DNA from: an uncultured Oscillospiraceae bacterium
GTDB taxonomy: Bacteria > Bacillota > Clostridia > Oscillospirales > Ruminococcaceae
Length of the DNA: 64,000 nucleotides
Reading direction: 5' to 3'
Assembly: GCA_949741215.1 (NCBI GenBank)
Contig: CATJLA010000101.1
Location: forward strand, 5,355-69,354
In this document: positions 1 to 9,800 of the stretch, in pieces
Numbering within the stretch: the first letter of the stretch is position 1
How the letters are laid out: every line of letters starts with the position of its first letter
The notes under the pieces: model-generated
Told to the model about the DNA's origin: nothing
Databases searched by the model: none
Seen by the model: only the letters and a program-made list of their open reading frames with translations
Translations under genes and position numbers: made by a program

Positions 1-1812
1 CAGGCGCATGGTATCTGCCCCGTATTCCTTGACAATATCGTCGGGGTTGACTACATTGCCACGGGATTTGCTCATCTTCTCGCCGTTTTCTCCCAGAATC
101 ATCCCATGGCTGGTACGCTTGGCATAAGGCTCGGCAGTGGGGACCACACCCACGTCATACAGGAATTTATACCAGAACCGGGAGTAAAGTACGTGCAGGG
201 TGGTGTGCTCCATGCCGCCGTTGTACCAGTCTACTGGCATCCAGTAATCCAGCGCTTCCTTGGAGGCCAAAGCGTCGTTATTATGGGGGTCGCAGTACCG
301 CAGGAAGTACCAGGAGGAACCAGCCCACTGGGGCATCGTATCGGTTTCCCGCTTGGCGTCAGCGCCGCAATGGGGGCACTTCACATTTACCCAGTCCTCA
401 ATAGCGGCCAAAGGAGACTCGCCGTTGTCAGTAGGCTCGTAGGATTCCACCTCAGGCAACCGCAACGGAAGCTCCGATTCGTCCAGCGGGACAAAGCCGC
501 AGTGAGGGCAAATAATCATGGGGATAGGCTCGCCCCAGTACCGCTGACGGGAGAAAACCCAGTCCCGCAGCTTATAGTTTACCTTAGGGACGCCCTTGCC
601 CTCTGCTTTCAGATGCTCTATAATTTCCTTTTTGGCTTCCTCCACTGAAAGTCCGTTGAGGAAGTCGGAATTGACCATCACACCAGTTTCACAGTCGGTA
701 AAGGCTTCCTTTTCTACCTCGCCGCCCTGCACCACCTCGATGATAGGCAGGTTAAACTTTTTGGCAAACTCCCAGTCTCTGGTATCATGGGCAGGAACAG
801 CCATAATGGCGCCGGTGCCATAGGTCATCAACACGTAGTCGGAGACAAAAATCGGGATTTCTCTCCCATTTACCGGGTTGATGCCCCGCACGCCCTGCAG
901 CTCTACGCCGGTTTTCTCCTTAACTACCTCCGCCCGCTCAAAGTCGGACTTTTTGGCAGCCTCCTCCTGGTATTTTTGGACGTCGCTGAGATTGGTGATA
1001 CGGTCAGCCCACCGCTCCAAATAAGGGTGCTCCGGGGAGATAACCATATAGGTTGCGCCAAACAGGGTATCCGGGCGGGTGGTATAAATCAGCAGTTCGT
1101 CGCCGGCGGTGGTTGCAAACTTCACCTCCGCGCCGGTGGAACGGCCGATCCAGTTCTTCTGGGAGATTTTTACCCGGTCAATATAATCCACCTGGTCCAG
1201 GTCGTCAATCAGGCGCTGGGCATACTCGGTAATTTTCAGCATCCACTGGCTTTTCTCTTTATGAACAACCTCGCTGCCGCACCGCTCACAAACGCCGCCT
1301 ACAACCTCCTCATTAGCCAGCACGCATTTGCAGGAGGTACACCAATTTACCGACATTTCCTTTTTATAGGCAAGCCCCTTTTTATAAAGCTGCAAAAAAA
1401 TCCACTGGGTCCACTTATAATAGTTCGGATCGGTGGTATTAAACTCCCGGTCCCAGTCAAAGGAAAGGCCCAAGGATTTCAGCTGCCCCTTAAAGCGGGC
1501 CACATTCTGCTTTGTTACAATTTCAGGGTGGATATGGTTTTTAATGGCGAAGTTCTCAGTAGGCAGGCCAAAAGCGTCCCACCCCATAGGGTAAAGGACA
1601 TTATACCCTTCCATTCTCCGTTTGCGGGCCACAATGTCCAGCGCGGTGTAGGAACGGGGATGACCCACATGCAGCCCTGCGCCGGAGGGATAAGGGAACT
1701 CCACCAAAGCATAATACTTTGGCTTTGTGTAGTCATTCGAGGCGGCAAAGGTCTTTTTTTCATCCCAAATGCCCTGCCACTTTTTTTCAACTTGAGCAAA
1801 ATCGTATTTCAT
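1..1812 (-). CDS. leuS: Leucyl-tRNA synthetase; the 3' end runs off the window start
   Basis: Reverse translation from the ATG at 1812-1810 gives [22 protein letters not shown]...[18 protein letters not shown] (HIGH-type motif). The last codons in the window give [18 protein letters not shown] (KMSKS). 1812 nt is an exact multiple of 3 with no stop. It is absent from the ORF track because it is open at the edge. Confidence 0.92.
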   Translation of the reverse strand, partial: MKYDFAQVEKKWQGIWDEKKTFAASNDYTKPKYYALVEFPYPSGAGLHVGHPRSYTALDIVARKRRMEGYNVLYPMGWDAFGLPTENFAIKNHIHPEIVTKQNVARFKGQLKSLGLSFDWDREFNTTDPNYYKWTQWIFLQLYKKGLAYKKEMSVNWCTSCKCVLANEEVVGGVCERCGSEVVHKEKSQWMLKITEYAQRLIDDLDQVDYIDRVKISQKNWIGRSTGAEVKFATTAGDELLIYTTRPDTLFGATYMVISPEHPYLERWADRITNLSDVQKYQEEAAKKSDFERAEVVKEKTGVELQGVRGINPVNGREIPIFVSDYVLMTYGTGAIMAVPAHDTRDWEFAKKFNLPIIEVVQGGEVEKEAFTDCETGVMVNSDFLNGLSVEEAKKEIIEHLKAEGKGVPKVNYKLRDWVFSRQRYWGEPIPMIICPHCGFVPLDESELPLRLPEVESYEPTDNGESPLAAIEDWVNVKCPHCGADAKRETDTMPQWAGSSWYFLRYCDPHNNDALASKEALDYWMPVDWYNGGMEHTTLHVLYSRFWYKFLYDVGVVPTAEPYAKRTSHGMILGENGEKMSKSRGNVVNPDDIVKEYGADTMRL

Positions 1813-1854
1813 GGTGAACATTCCTTCCTTTTTCTGCCTGAAGCTTTCAGGCAG

Positions 1855-2223
1855 TTACTCCGGCTTTACAAGGCCGGAAATATCCAACTGTACGCCATCC
1901 GCCCATAGCTTATCCAAGGCGTAGAACGACCGGGATTCCTCAAAGAAAATATGGACAATCACATCGCTGTAATCCAGCAAAATCCAGTTGGCGGTTTGAT
2001 ATCCTTCAATCCGGCGGGGCTCAACCCCCATTTCCGAGAGCTTTTCCTCCACCTCGTCGGCCAGAGCCCTGGCCTGCACCAGGCTGCCGGCTGAGGCAAT
2101 CACAAAGTAATCCCCCAGGGAAGTCTGCCGCCCCACATCTATCGCCCGGATGTCTGCGGCCTTTTTTGCGTCCAGTAGGGTAACCACCTTTTCCACCAGT
2201 TGCTTTCCCATCAGCCTTTCCAT
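1855..2223 (-). CDS. rsfS: Ribosome silencing factor RsfS (iojap family)
   Basis: The core MERLMGKQLVEKVV...GDYFVIASAGS...NWILLDYSDVIVHIF is typical of RsfS. GGAGG lies 7 nt upstream of the internal ATG at 2223. Its position after the nadD/yqeK-type gene matches the Firmicute yqe operon. Confidence 0.85.
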   Translation of the reverse strand: MERLMGKQLVEKVVTLLDAKKAADIRAIDVGRQTSLGDYFVIASAGSLVQARALADEVEEKLSEMGVEPRRIEGYQTANWILLDYSDVIVHIFFEESRSFYALDKLWADGVQLDISGLVKPE

Positions 2224-2352
2224 CTTTTGGCCTCCTTTTTCCGTGTTTCTTATTGTAAAGCTCCGCAATCATAAGCATGCGCGACGTCGCGGAAGCTTTG
2301 GGTTTTATGGCATTTTATCAGGGCTTGCTGCCGGGTTTGTGCGGAAAAGCCG

Positions 2353-2904
2353 TCACCTGCCTCTTTCCATTTCCTGAAGAATCCCACCGCTGTTCCACCG
2401 AAGAACCGGCTGATATCCAAGCTTCTCATACCAATGCGCCAGATGTGTATAGTGAATCCAAGAGAGATCAAAACCATCCTGCCGAAGCGTCTCGGTGGCC
2501 AAACGCACCATTTCCAAGCCGATGCCCTGCCTGCGAAATTCAGGTATTGTTCCCACACAACCCGGCCCGCCGATATGAAGGCCCTGAAACCGGCCCATAT
2601 CAGCAAGGCTGCAAAAAGCGGCAATCCTTTCTCCCTCAAAGGCGCAATAAAACCGGCATCCTTCCCTAAAATACTGCACCCAGCCCTCGTCCACCTGACG
2701 AACCGCATCCCGAAGTGCCGCAAGCTCTCCGCGATACTCGCCAAACGAAATTTCCCTTGGGCAGCAAGGAGGTGCTATCTCCGGCAAGGGTTTGCGCAGG
2801 TCCATCACCAGCTCCGTAAAAACAAAATCCTTCGGCAATGCCCGAATGTTTTCCCTCTGGAAAAAACCCCGGTTCAGGCTGTGAAACAGCTCCGCATAGT
2901 TCAT
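2353..2904 (-). CDS. GNAT family N-acetyltransferase
   Basis: 183-aa ORF with an acetyl-CoA binding signature, FRRQGIGLEMVRLA (R/Q-x-x-G-x-G/A), in the C-terminal half. Confidence 0.75.
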   Translation of the reverse strand: MNYAELFHSLNRGFFQRENIRALPKDFVFTELVMDLRKPLPEIAPPCCPREISFGEYRGELAALRDAVRQVDEGWVQYFREGCRFYCAFEGERIAAFCSLADMGRFQGLHIGGPGCVGTIPEFRRQGIGLEMVRLATETLRQDGFDLSWIHYTHLAHWYEKLGYQPVLRWNSGGILQEMERGR

Positions 2905-2942
2905 TCCCTCTCCTCCTCATTTCCATGGCTCAAGGGCAGCAA

Positions 2943-3158
2943 TCAAATTGGCAAATCCTGATTTTGTTTCTGCTTACTTTCCACTCTTTTCACGGTTGTA
3001 TATCCCAATACCGGCAATGCGACAAAGTCAATAATCCCGATAGCCCGCATAACAAAATCCGCCAGTTCAATATTCAAAAGGGATGCACCTGCAAGAAAAA
3101 CTGTACCGATTCCCAGCAGAACTAAACTAAGCAACCAAAGCAAATTTATTGTTTTCAT
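2943..3158 (-). CDS. Small hypothetical membrane protein (two predicted TM helices)
   Basis: 71-aa ORF with two hydrophobic stretches (LLWLLSLVLLGIGTVFLAGA; AIGIIDFVALPVLGY) and a purine-rich stretch upstream. No recognisable family. Confidence 0.4.
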   Translation of the reverse strand: MKTINLLWLLSLVLLGIGTVFLAGASLLNIELADFVMRAIGIIDFVALPVLGYTTVKRVESKQKQNQDLPI

Positions 3159-3207
3159 ACTTTCCTACTCGCCTCCAAATCCTGATTTCCTGACGCCCCC
3201 ACAGCAT

Positions 3208-4407
3208 TCAGCAAGGAAACAGCTTAGACCAAAGTTCATTGTACGCCTCCCAGGTAAGGGTGCAAACCGGCTCCCCCTTTTCCGCCAAACGCCCCAGGGT
3301 ATAGCGCAAAGTGTAAAATATCGCTTCGTCCACCGACTGCTTTGCCAAACGCCGCACCTCGTCCACATCAGGATAGGTGCGGTCCTCAGAAATATAATCC
3401 CCCAAATACACCGCTTTTTCCAGGGGGGACATCCCCGCCCTGGCAGTAGTATGGTAGCAAACAGCGTTCTGCAAGTCGGCGTCATCAATGCCCAGCTTTT
3501 CCCGCAGAAAGGCGGCGGCAGCAAAGCCATGCCATAGCTGAGGCTGACAGGTTAGCTTTCTGTCCCAAATTATACCAGACTTTCGCGCCCATTGCAACTG
3601 CTGTTCTTTTGGCATATCTTTACAAATATCGTGGAGCAAACCTGCTAAATATGCCTTCTTTTCTGAAATTCCCAGCCCCAAAGCCAGCTTTTCCGCCGCT
3701 TTTGCCACACAAAGGCTGTGGTTTAGGCGGTATGGGGTGAGCAATTTTTCTAATTCCGGGAGATAATCTTTTTGTTCCAGAGAAAATTTTCGCCGGTACA
3801 GCCCTTTTTCGGCAATATACTCCCCCACGCCGGGGGGCAGCAGATTGCCGGGGGCCTCCCCTTCCGCCAACATTTCCCGCAGCTGGGTGGAGGAAACGGT
3901 CAGCTCCGGAAATCCGGCAATTTCACACCGAGCGCCCAAAGCCTCCAGTTCCTTTTTCTTGCGGGCAAGGGCCTGCAGCTCCCCAGGGCTGCGGGCTGCG
4001 GCGCAAAGGGTGGCAAGGGCAAAAATCTCCTCACTGCGCACCCATTTTTCCAGGGTAAAAAACATATCCGAACCTACCAGCAGGCAAAGCTCCCAGCCGG
4101 GGTAATAGCGGTGCAGCGCCCGCAGGGTATCTACAGTATAGCTGCTGCCGCCCCGGCGCAGCTCCAGGTCACAGGGTACAAGCTGTGGGTAAGGGGCGCA
4201 TGCAATTTGACACATGGCGTACCGTTCCCCATGTCCTATCAGCCCCAAAGCCTGCTTGTGGGGCGGTATCATGGTAGGGACTACCAGCACCCTGTCCAGT
4301 CCCAGCTGGCCGGCAAAGGAAAGTGCCATATAAATATGCCCGCTGTGGATAGGGTTAAACGTTCCCCCAAACACCCCCAGCCGTCTGGTTTTCCGCGTTA
4401 CTTCCAT
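3208..4407 (-). CDS. nadD: Fusion of nicotinate-nucleotide adenylyltransferase (NadD) and a YqeK-type HD-domain hydrolase
   Basis: The N-terminal half has GVFGGTFNPIHSGHIYMA (nucleotidyltransferase (T/H)xGH motif). The C-terminal half has RLNHSLCVAKAAEKLA...LAGLLHDICKD (HD domain, YqeK-like). It is one uninterrupted 399-aa ORF. Confidence 0.85.
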   Translation of the reverse strand: MEVTRKTRRLGVFGGTFNPIHSGHIYMALSFAGQLGLDRVLVVPTMIPPHKQALGLIGHGERYAMCQIACAPYPQLVPCDLELRRGGSSYTVDTLRALHRYYPGWELCLLVGSDMFFTLEKWVRSEEIFALATLCAAARSPGELQALARKKKELEALGARCEIAGFPELTVSSTQLREMLAEGEAPGNLLPPGVGEYIAEKGLYRRKFSLEQKDYLPELEKLLTPYRLNHSLCVAKAAEKLALGLGISEKKAYLAGLLHDICKDMPKEQQLQWARKSGIIWDRKLTCQPQLWHGFAAAAFLREKLGIDDADLQNAVCYHTTARAGMSPLEKAVYLGDYISEDRTYPDVDEVRRLAKQSVDEAIFYTLRYTLGRLAEKGEPVCTLTWEAYNELWSKLFPC

Positions 4408-4446
4408 GGCAGTTCACCCCTTTTTATCGGACTTAAGCGCAAGCCG

Positions 4447-4743
4447 TTATTTTACAAGCTCTATCTTAGGCTTTTCAGGATTTTTGCGGTACAGCACAAA
4501 CCGGGTGCCAATTACCTGCACCACGTCTGACCGGGTAGCCTCCGCCAGCTGCCGGGCGGCCTCTCCCGGCAGAACCGGGGCGTTTTCCAGGGCGCGTAGC
4601 TTAATCAGCTCCCGGGCGGTTAAAGCGTCGTCCACCTGCTTTACAAGCTGGTCGTTCACACCGCCTTTGCCTACCTGCAAAATGGTTTCCATGGTGTTTG
4701 CCAGGCCCCTGAGCTGGGCCCGCTGTTTAGAATTTAATGCCAT
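4447..4743 (-). CDS. yhbY: YhbY/YqeI-type CRM-domain RNA-binding protein
   Basis: 98-aa ORF reading LRGLANTMETILQVGKGGVNDQLVKQVDDALTARELIKLR. Size, sequence pattern and its position just upstream of nadD fit YqeI/YhbY. Confidence 0.8.
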   Translation of the reverse strand: MALNSKQRAQLRGLANTMETILQVGKGGVNDQLVKQVDDALTARELIKLRALENAPVLPGEAARQLAEATRSDVVQVIGTRFVLYRKNPEKPKIELVK

Positions 4744-4755
4744 TGTCGTTTTCTC

Positions 4756-5211
4756 CTATTTCTGTAATTTCTTTAATTCACAGCTCAGCAGAACGCTGAA
4801 CAGGATCTCAGTCAATATCATAACAGCCGCCAGAATATACAACCCGACATCCAGCGCAATAACAGGGATTGCTATAGACAAAGCGAAATAGCTTTTTGAC
4901 TGATAAAGCCAGCTGTACGGCATAAGATGGGCGCCGAAAATCATCGCAATCACCATCAGCATTTTTCCGGGACAGTAGGATAAATCCACAACGCAATCAG
5001 CAGATACAAAATTTGGTTTACCGAAAAGAGTACCTCCAAATTGGTCAGCGGATTCCCCTTATTTTGAAAATCCACCTTGATAATTTTAGCAATCAGGTAG
5101 GAAACCGGCAGCAAAGGGGCCGTACAGCAAAAGGTAAGCAGGTTTTGGTTAAAACCGCAGCGCCGTAAGCTGCACACACAGCACAGCCACCCAAATCAGT
5201 ACGGAAGCCAT
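4756..5211 (-). pseudogene. Disrupted gene for a multi-pass membrane protein (in-frame TAA plus frameshifts)
   Basis: ATG at 5211 gives MASVLIWVAVLCVQLTALRF, then TAA. Hydrophobic coding continues in the same frame and then in two other frames (track ORFs 4956..5177 and 4756..4989). All pieces are TM-like. Confidence 0.5.
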
Positions 5212-5275
5212 GATAATATGCAGCCCTTTTTCTGCTTCAGCGCACAGTCACACCGCAGTCTCTCTAAATTCACGG

Positions 5276-5905
5276 CTATTCCTCCTTCTTCAAAGCATTC
5301 TCTCCAAACAGCCTTTTCAGCTCCTTCTCTAACTTTGCCAGCGCCTTTCCCCGGTGGCTGAGAGCATCCTTCTCCGCCCCGGAAAGCTCCGCAAAGCTTT
5401 TCTCTCCCACAAAAAACAGAGGATCGTATCCAAACCCCCCGTCCCCTTTGGGCTCAAAGCCTATGAGACCTTCACAGCTGCCCTCACACTGCAATAGCTG
5501 TTCTGTCCCACCCGCTGCTGTTTGAGGAAAAATACAGCAAATTGCGCTGATAAACCGTGCCGTCCGCTGCTTTTGAGGCACCCCGGCCAGCTCCGCCAGC
5601 AGCTTTTGGTTCCGGTCGGCATCGGTGGCGTTTGGCCCGCCGTACCGGGCGGAATACACTCCCGGCTTTCCTCCCAGGGCGTCTACACACAGGCCGGAAT
5701 CATCAGCAATAGCGGCTAAACCGGTGGTGTCCGCAATGGCCCGGGCCTTAAGATAAGCATTTTCCCGGAAGGTTCTTCCTGTTTCCTCCACCTCCAGCCG
5801 GGGGCAAAGCTCCTGCTGGGGCACTACCTCAATGCCCCAGGGGGCTAAAATCCGCTGAAATTCCTTTAATTTACCAGGATTTTTCGTTGCTGCAATCAGC
5901 TTCAT
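5276..5905 (-). CDS. rdgB: Non-canonical purine NTP pyrophosphatase (RdgB/HAM1 family)
   Basis: MKLIAATKNPGKLKEFQRIL..., ADDSGLCVDALGGKPGVYSARY, FGYDPLF and SHRGKAL are typical RdgB motifs. Confidence 0.9.
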   Translation of the reverse strand: MKLIAATKNPGKLKEFQRILAPWGIEVVPQQELCPRLEVEETGRTFRENAYLKARAIADTTGLAAIADDSGLCVDALGGKPGVYSARYGGPNATDADRNQKLLAELAGVPQKQRTARFISAICCIFPQTAAGGTEQLLQCEGSCEGLIGFEPKGDGGFGYDPLFFVGEKSFAELSGAEKDALSHRGKALAKLEKELKRLFGENALKKEE

Positions 5906-5949
5906 GGGTTGTTCCTCACTTTTTCTGTCATTTTTAGGGACGTAAGCGC

Positions 5950-6873
5950 CTATTGTTCGCTTTCAAACAACGCCCGAACAAACTCTCCGGGAAGAAATGG
6001 CTGCAGATCGTCCAGCTGTTCCCCTACTCCTATATACTTGATCGGCACCCCAAGCTCCTCTTTAATGGAGATCACCACGCCTCCCTTGGCAGTGCCGTCC
6101 AGCTTGGTAAGGATGATGCCGGTAAGGCCCGCCGCCTCTCCAAACAGCTTAGCCTGGCTTACGGCGTTCTGGCCGGTGGTAGCGTCCAGCACCAAAAGCA
6201 CCTCCAAAGCGCTTTCCGGCGCCTCCCGCCGGATCACCCGAGAGATTTTGGCAAGCTCATCCATCAAATTTTTCTTGTTATGCAGCCGGCCCGCAGTATC
6301 GCACAATATAACGTCTACCCCTCGGGACTTACCGGCGGCAATGGCGTCATACACCACGGCGGCAGGGTCAGAGCCTTCCTTATGGCGGATCATCTCCACC
6401 CCGGCCCTGTCCGCCCAAATCTGCAGCTGGTCAATGGCAGCGGCCCGGAAGGTATCTGCGGCGGCCAGCAGCACCTGTTTGCCCTCGCTTTTCAGGTTAG
6501 CGGCCAGCTTGCCGATCGTAGTAGTTTTACCCACGCCGTTTACGCCAATTACCAGCACAATAGAAGGCTTTGTTGATAAATCCAGCCGGTTATCCCCTTC
6601 CAAAATTCCGGCAATAATCTCCTCCAGCAGTTCCTTTACCCGCTCTCCGTCGGTGACGCCCTGCTCCTTTACCGCCTTGCGCAGCCGGGTACAGATCTCC
6701 TCAGCGGTAAGCATCCCAACGTCGGAGAGAATCAAGGTTTCCTCCAAAGCCTCAAACAGCTCCTCGTCCACCTTGGTAAAGCTGTTGAATACCCGCTCTA
6801 CCTGCTTCATCATAGAGGCCTTGGTCTTTTTTAAGCCCTCACTAATTTTTTGAAAGAACCCCATTCTTTGCAT
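5950..6873 (-). CDS. ftsY: Signal recognition particle receptor FtsY
   Basis: SRP-GTPase motifs GVNGVGKTTTIGKLA, DTAGRLHNK and TKLDGTAKGG. The start is ambiguous (6873 or 6864). It overlaps the smc 3' end. Confidence 0.92.
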   Translation of the reverse strand: MQRMGFFQKISEGLKKTKASMMKQVERVFNSFTKVDEELFEALEETLILSDVGMLTAEEICTRLRKAVKEQGVTDGERVKELLEEIIAGILEGDNRLDLSTKPSIVLVIGVNGVGKTTTIGKLAANLKSEGKQVLLAAADTFRAAAIDQLQIWADRAGVEMIRHKEGSDPAAVVYDAIAAGKSRGVDVILCDTAGRLHNKKNLMDELAKISRVIRREAPESALEVLLVLDATTGQNAVSQAKLFGEAAGLTGIILTKLDGTAKGGVVISIKEELGVPIKYIGVGEQLDDLQPFLPGEFVRALFESEQ

Positions 6874-9800
6874 CCTTCCTTTCCTCTTGTGATTGCAGCA
6901 GCCGCTGCTCCGCCTCGGTAACGTTCAGCTCCAACAGCTTGGAAACTCCTTCCTCCTGCATGGTAACGCCGTACAGCATATCCGCCTCCTCCATAGTGCC
7001 CCGGCGGTGGGTGATGGCAATAAACTGCGTTTCGCCCGAAAGCCTGCGGAGATACTGGGCAAACCGCCCTACATTCACGTCATCCAGGGCAGCCTCAATC
7101 TCATCCAGCAAACAAAAAGGGGCCGGGCGCACCCTTAAAATCGCAAAGTAGATGGCAATCGCCACAAAGGCCTGTTCTCCGCCGGAAAGAAGCCCCAGGT
7201 TTTTAATCACCTTGCCGGGGGGCTCCACAAAAATGTCAATGCCGGATTCCAGCAGGTTGTCCGGGTCGGTTAAGGTAAGGCTGGCCCGCCCCCCGCCAAA
7301 TAAATCTACAAATATATTCGAAAATTCCTGCGCAATACGCTTAAAGTTCTCTCCAAAGGTTTGTTCCATGCTGCCGGTAAGCTGGGCAATCAGCTTGCGC
7401 AGCTCCTCCCGGGAGCGCTCTACATCCTCCAGCTGGCCCTTTAAGAAATTATACCGCTGAAAAACCTCCCTGTATTCCTCAATGGCCGAAAGGTTTACCG
7501 TTCCCAACCCCCGAATTTTATTCTTCAGCTCACTAACCTGGCCCTGGGCAAGCACTACGTTTTCCACCGGCCGTGCAAACTCCTCGGCTTCGGTACGGGT
7601 CAGCTGATACTCATCCCATAAGCCGGAGATAATCCTGTCATACTCTTCCTGAACCGATCTCTGCCGCTCCTCTGCTCTGGCCAGCTGCTGAGCAACCCCT
7701 TCTCTCTGGGAGGAAAGCTGCCGCTCCTCATTCCTCAGGCCGGAAACCTCCTTCTCCCGCTCCATCCTCAAGCGAGAAAGCTGCTCCCCCTGCTTTTGTA
7801 ACTGAGAAAGGCGCTCCGTCAACCGCTGCTTTTCTTCTGTTAAATCCTGCTGCCGGCTTTCCATTTCGTGACGTCGCACAGCCAGCTGCTTATTTTGCTC
7901 CTCCAGCTGCTCCATCCGGGCCTTCTGGTCCTGTCTTTGACGTTCATACTGGTCCTTTCGTTCCTCCAACGCCTTTTTGCTGCCCTGCAAAGCCGCCTGC
8001 TCCATTTCCAGGCCATGGCTCTGCTGGGTAAAGGCGGCGGTTTTCTCCTGGGCTTCGGCAATCCGGCGTTCCAGCCGCCCGGCCTCCTGTTCAAACTGAG
8101 CCATCTCCCGCCCCAGGCGTTCCACCAGCTCCCCGGCGCCGTCCTGCTCCTTAGAAAGCTGCTCCAGCCGCCCGGAAAGCTCCTGCAGGCTTTTTTCTGT
8201 CAGACGGCACTGCTTTTCCTGTTCCTCCAGGCTCAGGGCAAGTCGCTTCTGCTCCCCCTGGCACCGGATCTGATCCTGCTGTACCATCCTAACTTCTTCC
8301 TCCAGCAGCTTCATTTCCCGCAGCATTTTATCCCGCTGGGAGGCCGCCTCCGCCGCCCGCTCCTTCGCCCCGGTCAATTCCTCCTGAGAACGAGCAATCT
8401 TGCTTTGCAGCTGGGAAATCTCGTTCTTCCGGCTAAGCAGTCCCCCGGTTTTGCCGGAGGAGCCGCCGGTAAAAGAGCCCCCCGCGTTAATCACCTGTCC
8501 ATCCAGCGTGACGATGCGGAACCGGTAAGAAAACCGCTTGGCAATCGGCACCGCGCAGTCTAAATCCCGGGCCACTACCGTCCGCCCTAAAATGGAGTGT
8601 ACAATTCCCTGAAAGCGCCCCTCGCAGTCCACCAGGTCACTGGCAATGGCCACAAAGCCCTCACAGGAGGAAAGCCCCTGCTGCTCCAGCCGGGTTCCCC
8701 GTACGGACGTCAGCGGAAGGAAGGTAGCCCGGCCCTGGTTTTCCCGCTTCAGCAGGCTGATCGCCTGCTTAGCCGCCTGCTCATCCTCCACCACAATATG
8801 CTGGATGGCAGGCCCGCAGGCTGTCTCAACAGCAAGGGTGTACTCCGGCTCTACCCGAATCAGGTCCGAAACTGCGCCGATCACGCCCCTGAGCATCCCC
8901 CCCGCCGCCTGCCTCAGCAGGTAGCGAACACTGTTATAAAAGCCCTCATGGCTGCGCTCCATATCAGTATACAGCCGGGCCTTCTGCTCGTCCATCCGGA
9001 TCGCTTCCTCCAGCCCGGCAACCTCCCTGCGGCACTGCTCCGCCGTTTTCTCTCGGGAATCCAACAGCATTTTATACCCGCTCTGCCGGTTGTCCATCTG
9101 GGTCAGCTTCTGTTCAATCTGCGCCTCCAGCTCCCTTTCTTGGGCAAGTTCCTGTAAAGCCTGTTCCCGGGTTTGCCCCAGCTGCTCCAGCTGCTGCTCC
9201 AGGTCCTTTTGGCGCAAAGCTCCTTCCGCCAGCAGGCTCCGTGACGTCACCGACTGGATTTTTGCCTCGTTCTGAGCTGCCGCAAGCCCCTGCTTTTTGG
9301 CGGTAAGCTCGCCGTTTTGCTCCAGCAGCGCCTTTTCCTCCGCCCGGCCCTCAGCCAGCCTCTCTCCTGTCAGACAAAACTGCTCTTCCAGTTCCAGGCG
9401 CTTTGCTTCCAATTCCGCAAGCTCCCTGGCAAGCTCCCCCTCTTTCTCCGTAAGCTGATCATCGGAAAGCCCAGCCTCGGCAAACTGTATGGCAATCCGC
9501 TCCTTTTCCTGCTCCAAATGGCGCAGCTCATTCTCCAAAACCGCCTGATTCGACAAGTTTTCCGCCGATTTTTCCTCTGTCTCATGAATTTTAGCTCTGC
9601 CCTCTTCCAGCTGTACGCCGCAGCGGGTCATTTCCTCAAAGGCAGCGGCAATTTTCTGCTCCAGCTCCTCAAGCTGCTCTTCAGCCTGCTGTAAGCCGCC
9701 CCTTGTTTCCAAAAGCCGGTCCTCCTGCTCCCGCAGGCGGGCCTTAATCTGTTCCAGCTGCTTCATCCACAACGAGATTTCCAGCAGCTTCTTCTCCTCG

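Noticed and set aside
1834-1854. Perfect 9-bp-stem hairpin CTGCCTGAA-gct-TTCAGGCAG between the rsfS stop and the leuS RBS, considered as a T-box or terminator.
   Set aside because: It is far too short for a T-box leader. On the mRNA it is followed by AAAAAGG rather than a U-tract. It is probably just an intercistronic stabilising or processing hairpin.
787-1908. Long + strand ORF (373 aa), and similar long ORFs such as 5909..6853, 13017..14069, 29867..30700, 40502..41638, 46900..47988 and 37943..38644.
   Set aside because: Each lies antisense to a gene with clear family motifs (leuS, ftsY, plsX, addB, cotH, a hydrolase). Their translations are Arg/Pro/Gly/Leu-rich with no motifs, which is the usual shadow-ORF artefact of high-GC DNA.
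2280-2291. GACGTC-centred palindromes (for example CGCGACGTCGCG here, GGACGTCC at 43602, GGGACGTCCC at 14652 and 32486) as evidence for a restriction-modification target (AatII-type site).
   Set aside because: The bare hexamer GACGTC also occurs many times inside CDS (for example in smc, addA, addB and the aconitase gene). Its overall frequency is only modestly above my rough composition-based expectation. The intergenic signal is better described by the longer GGGACGT-RAC motif. No R-M genes are in the window.
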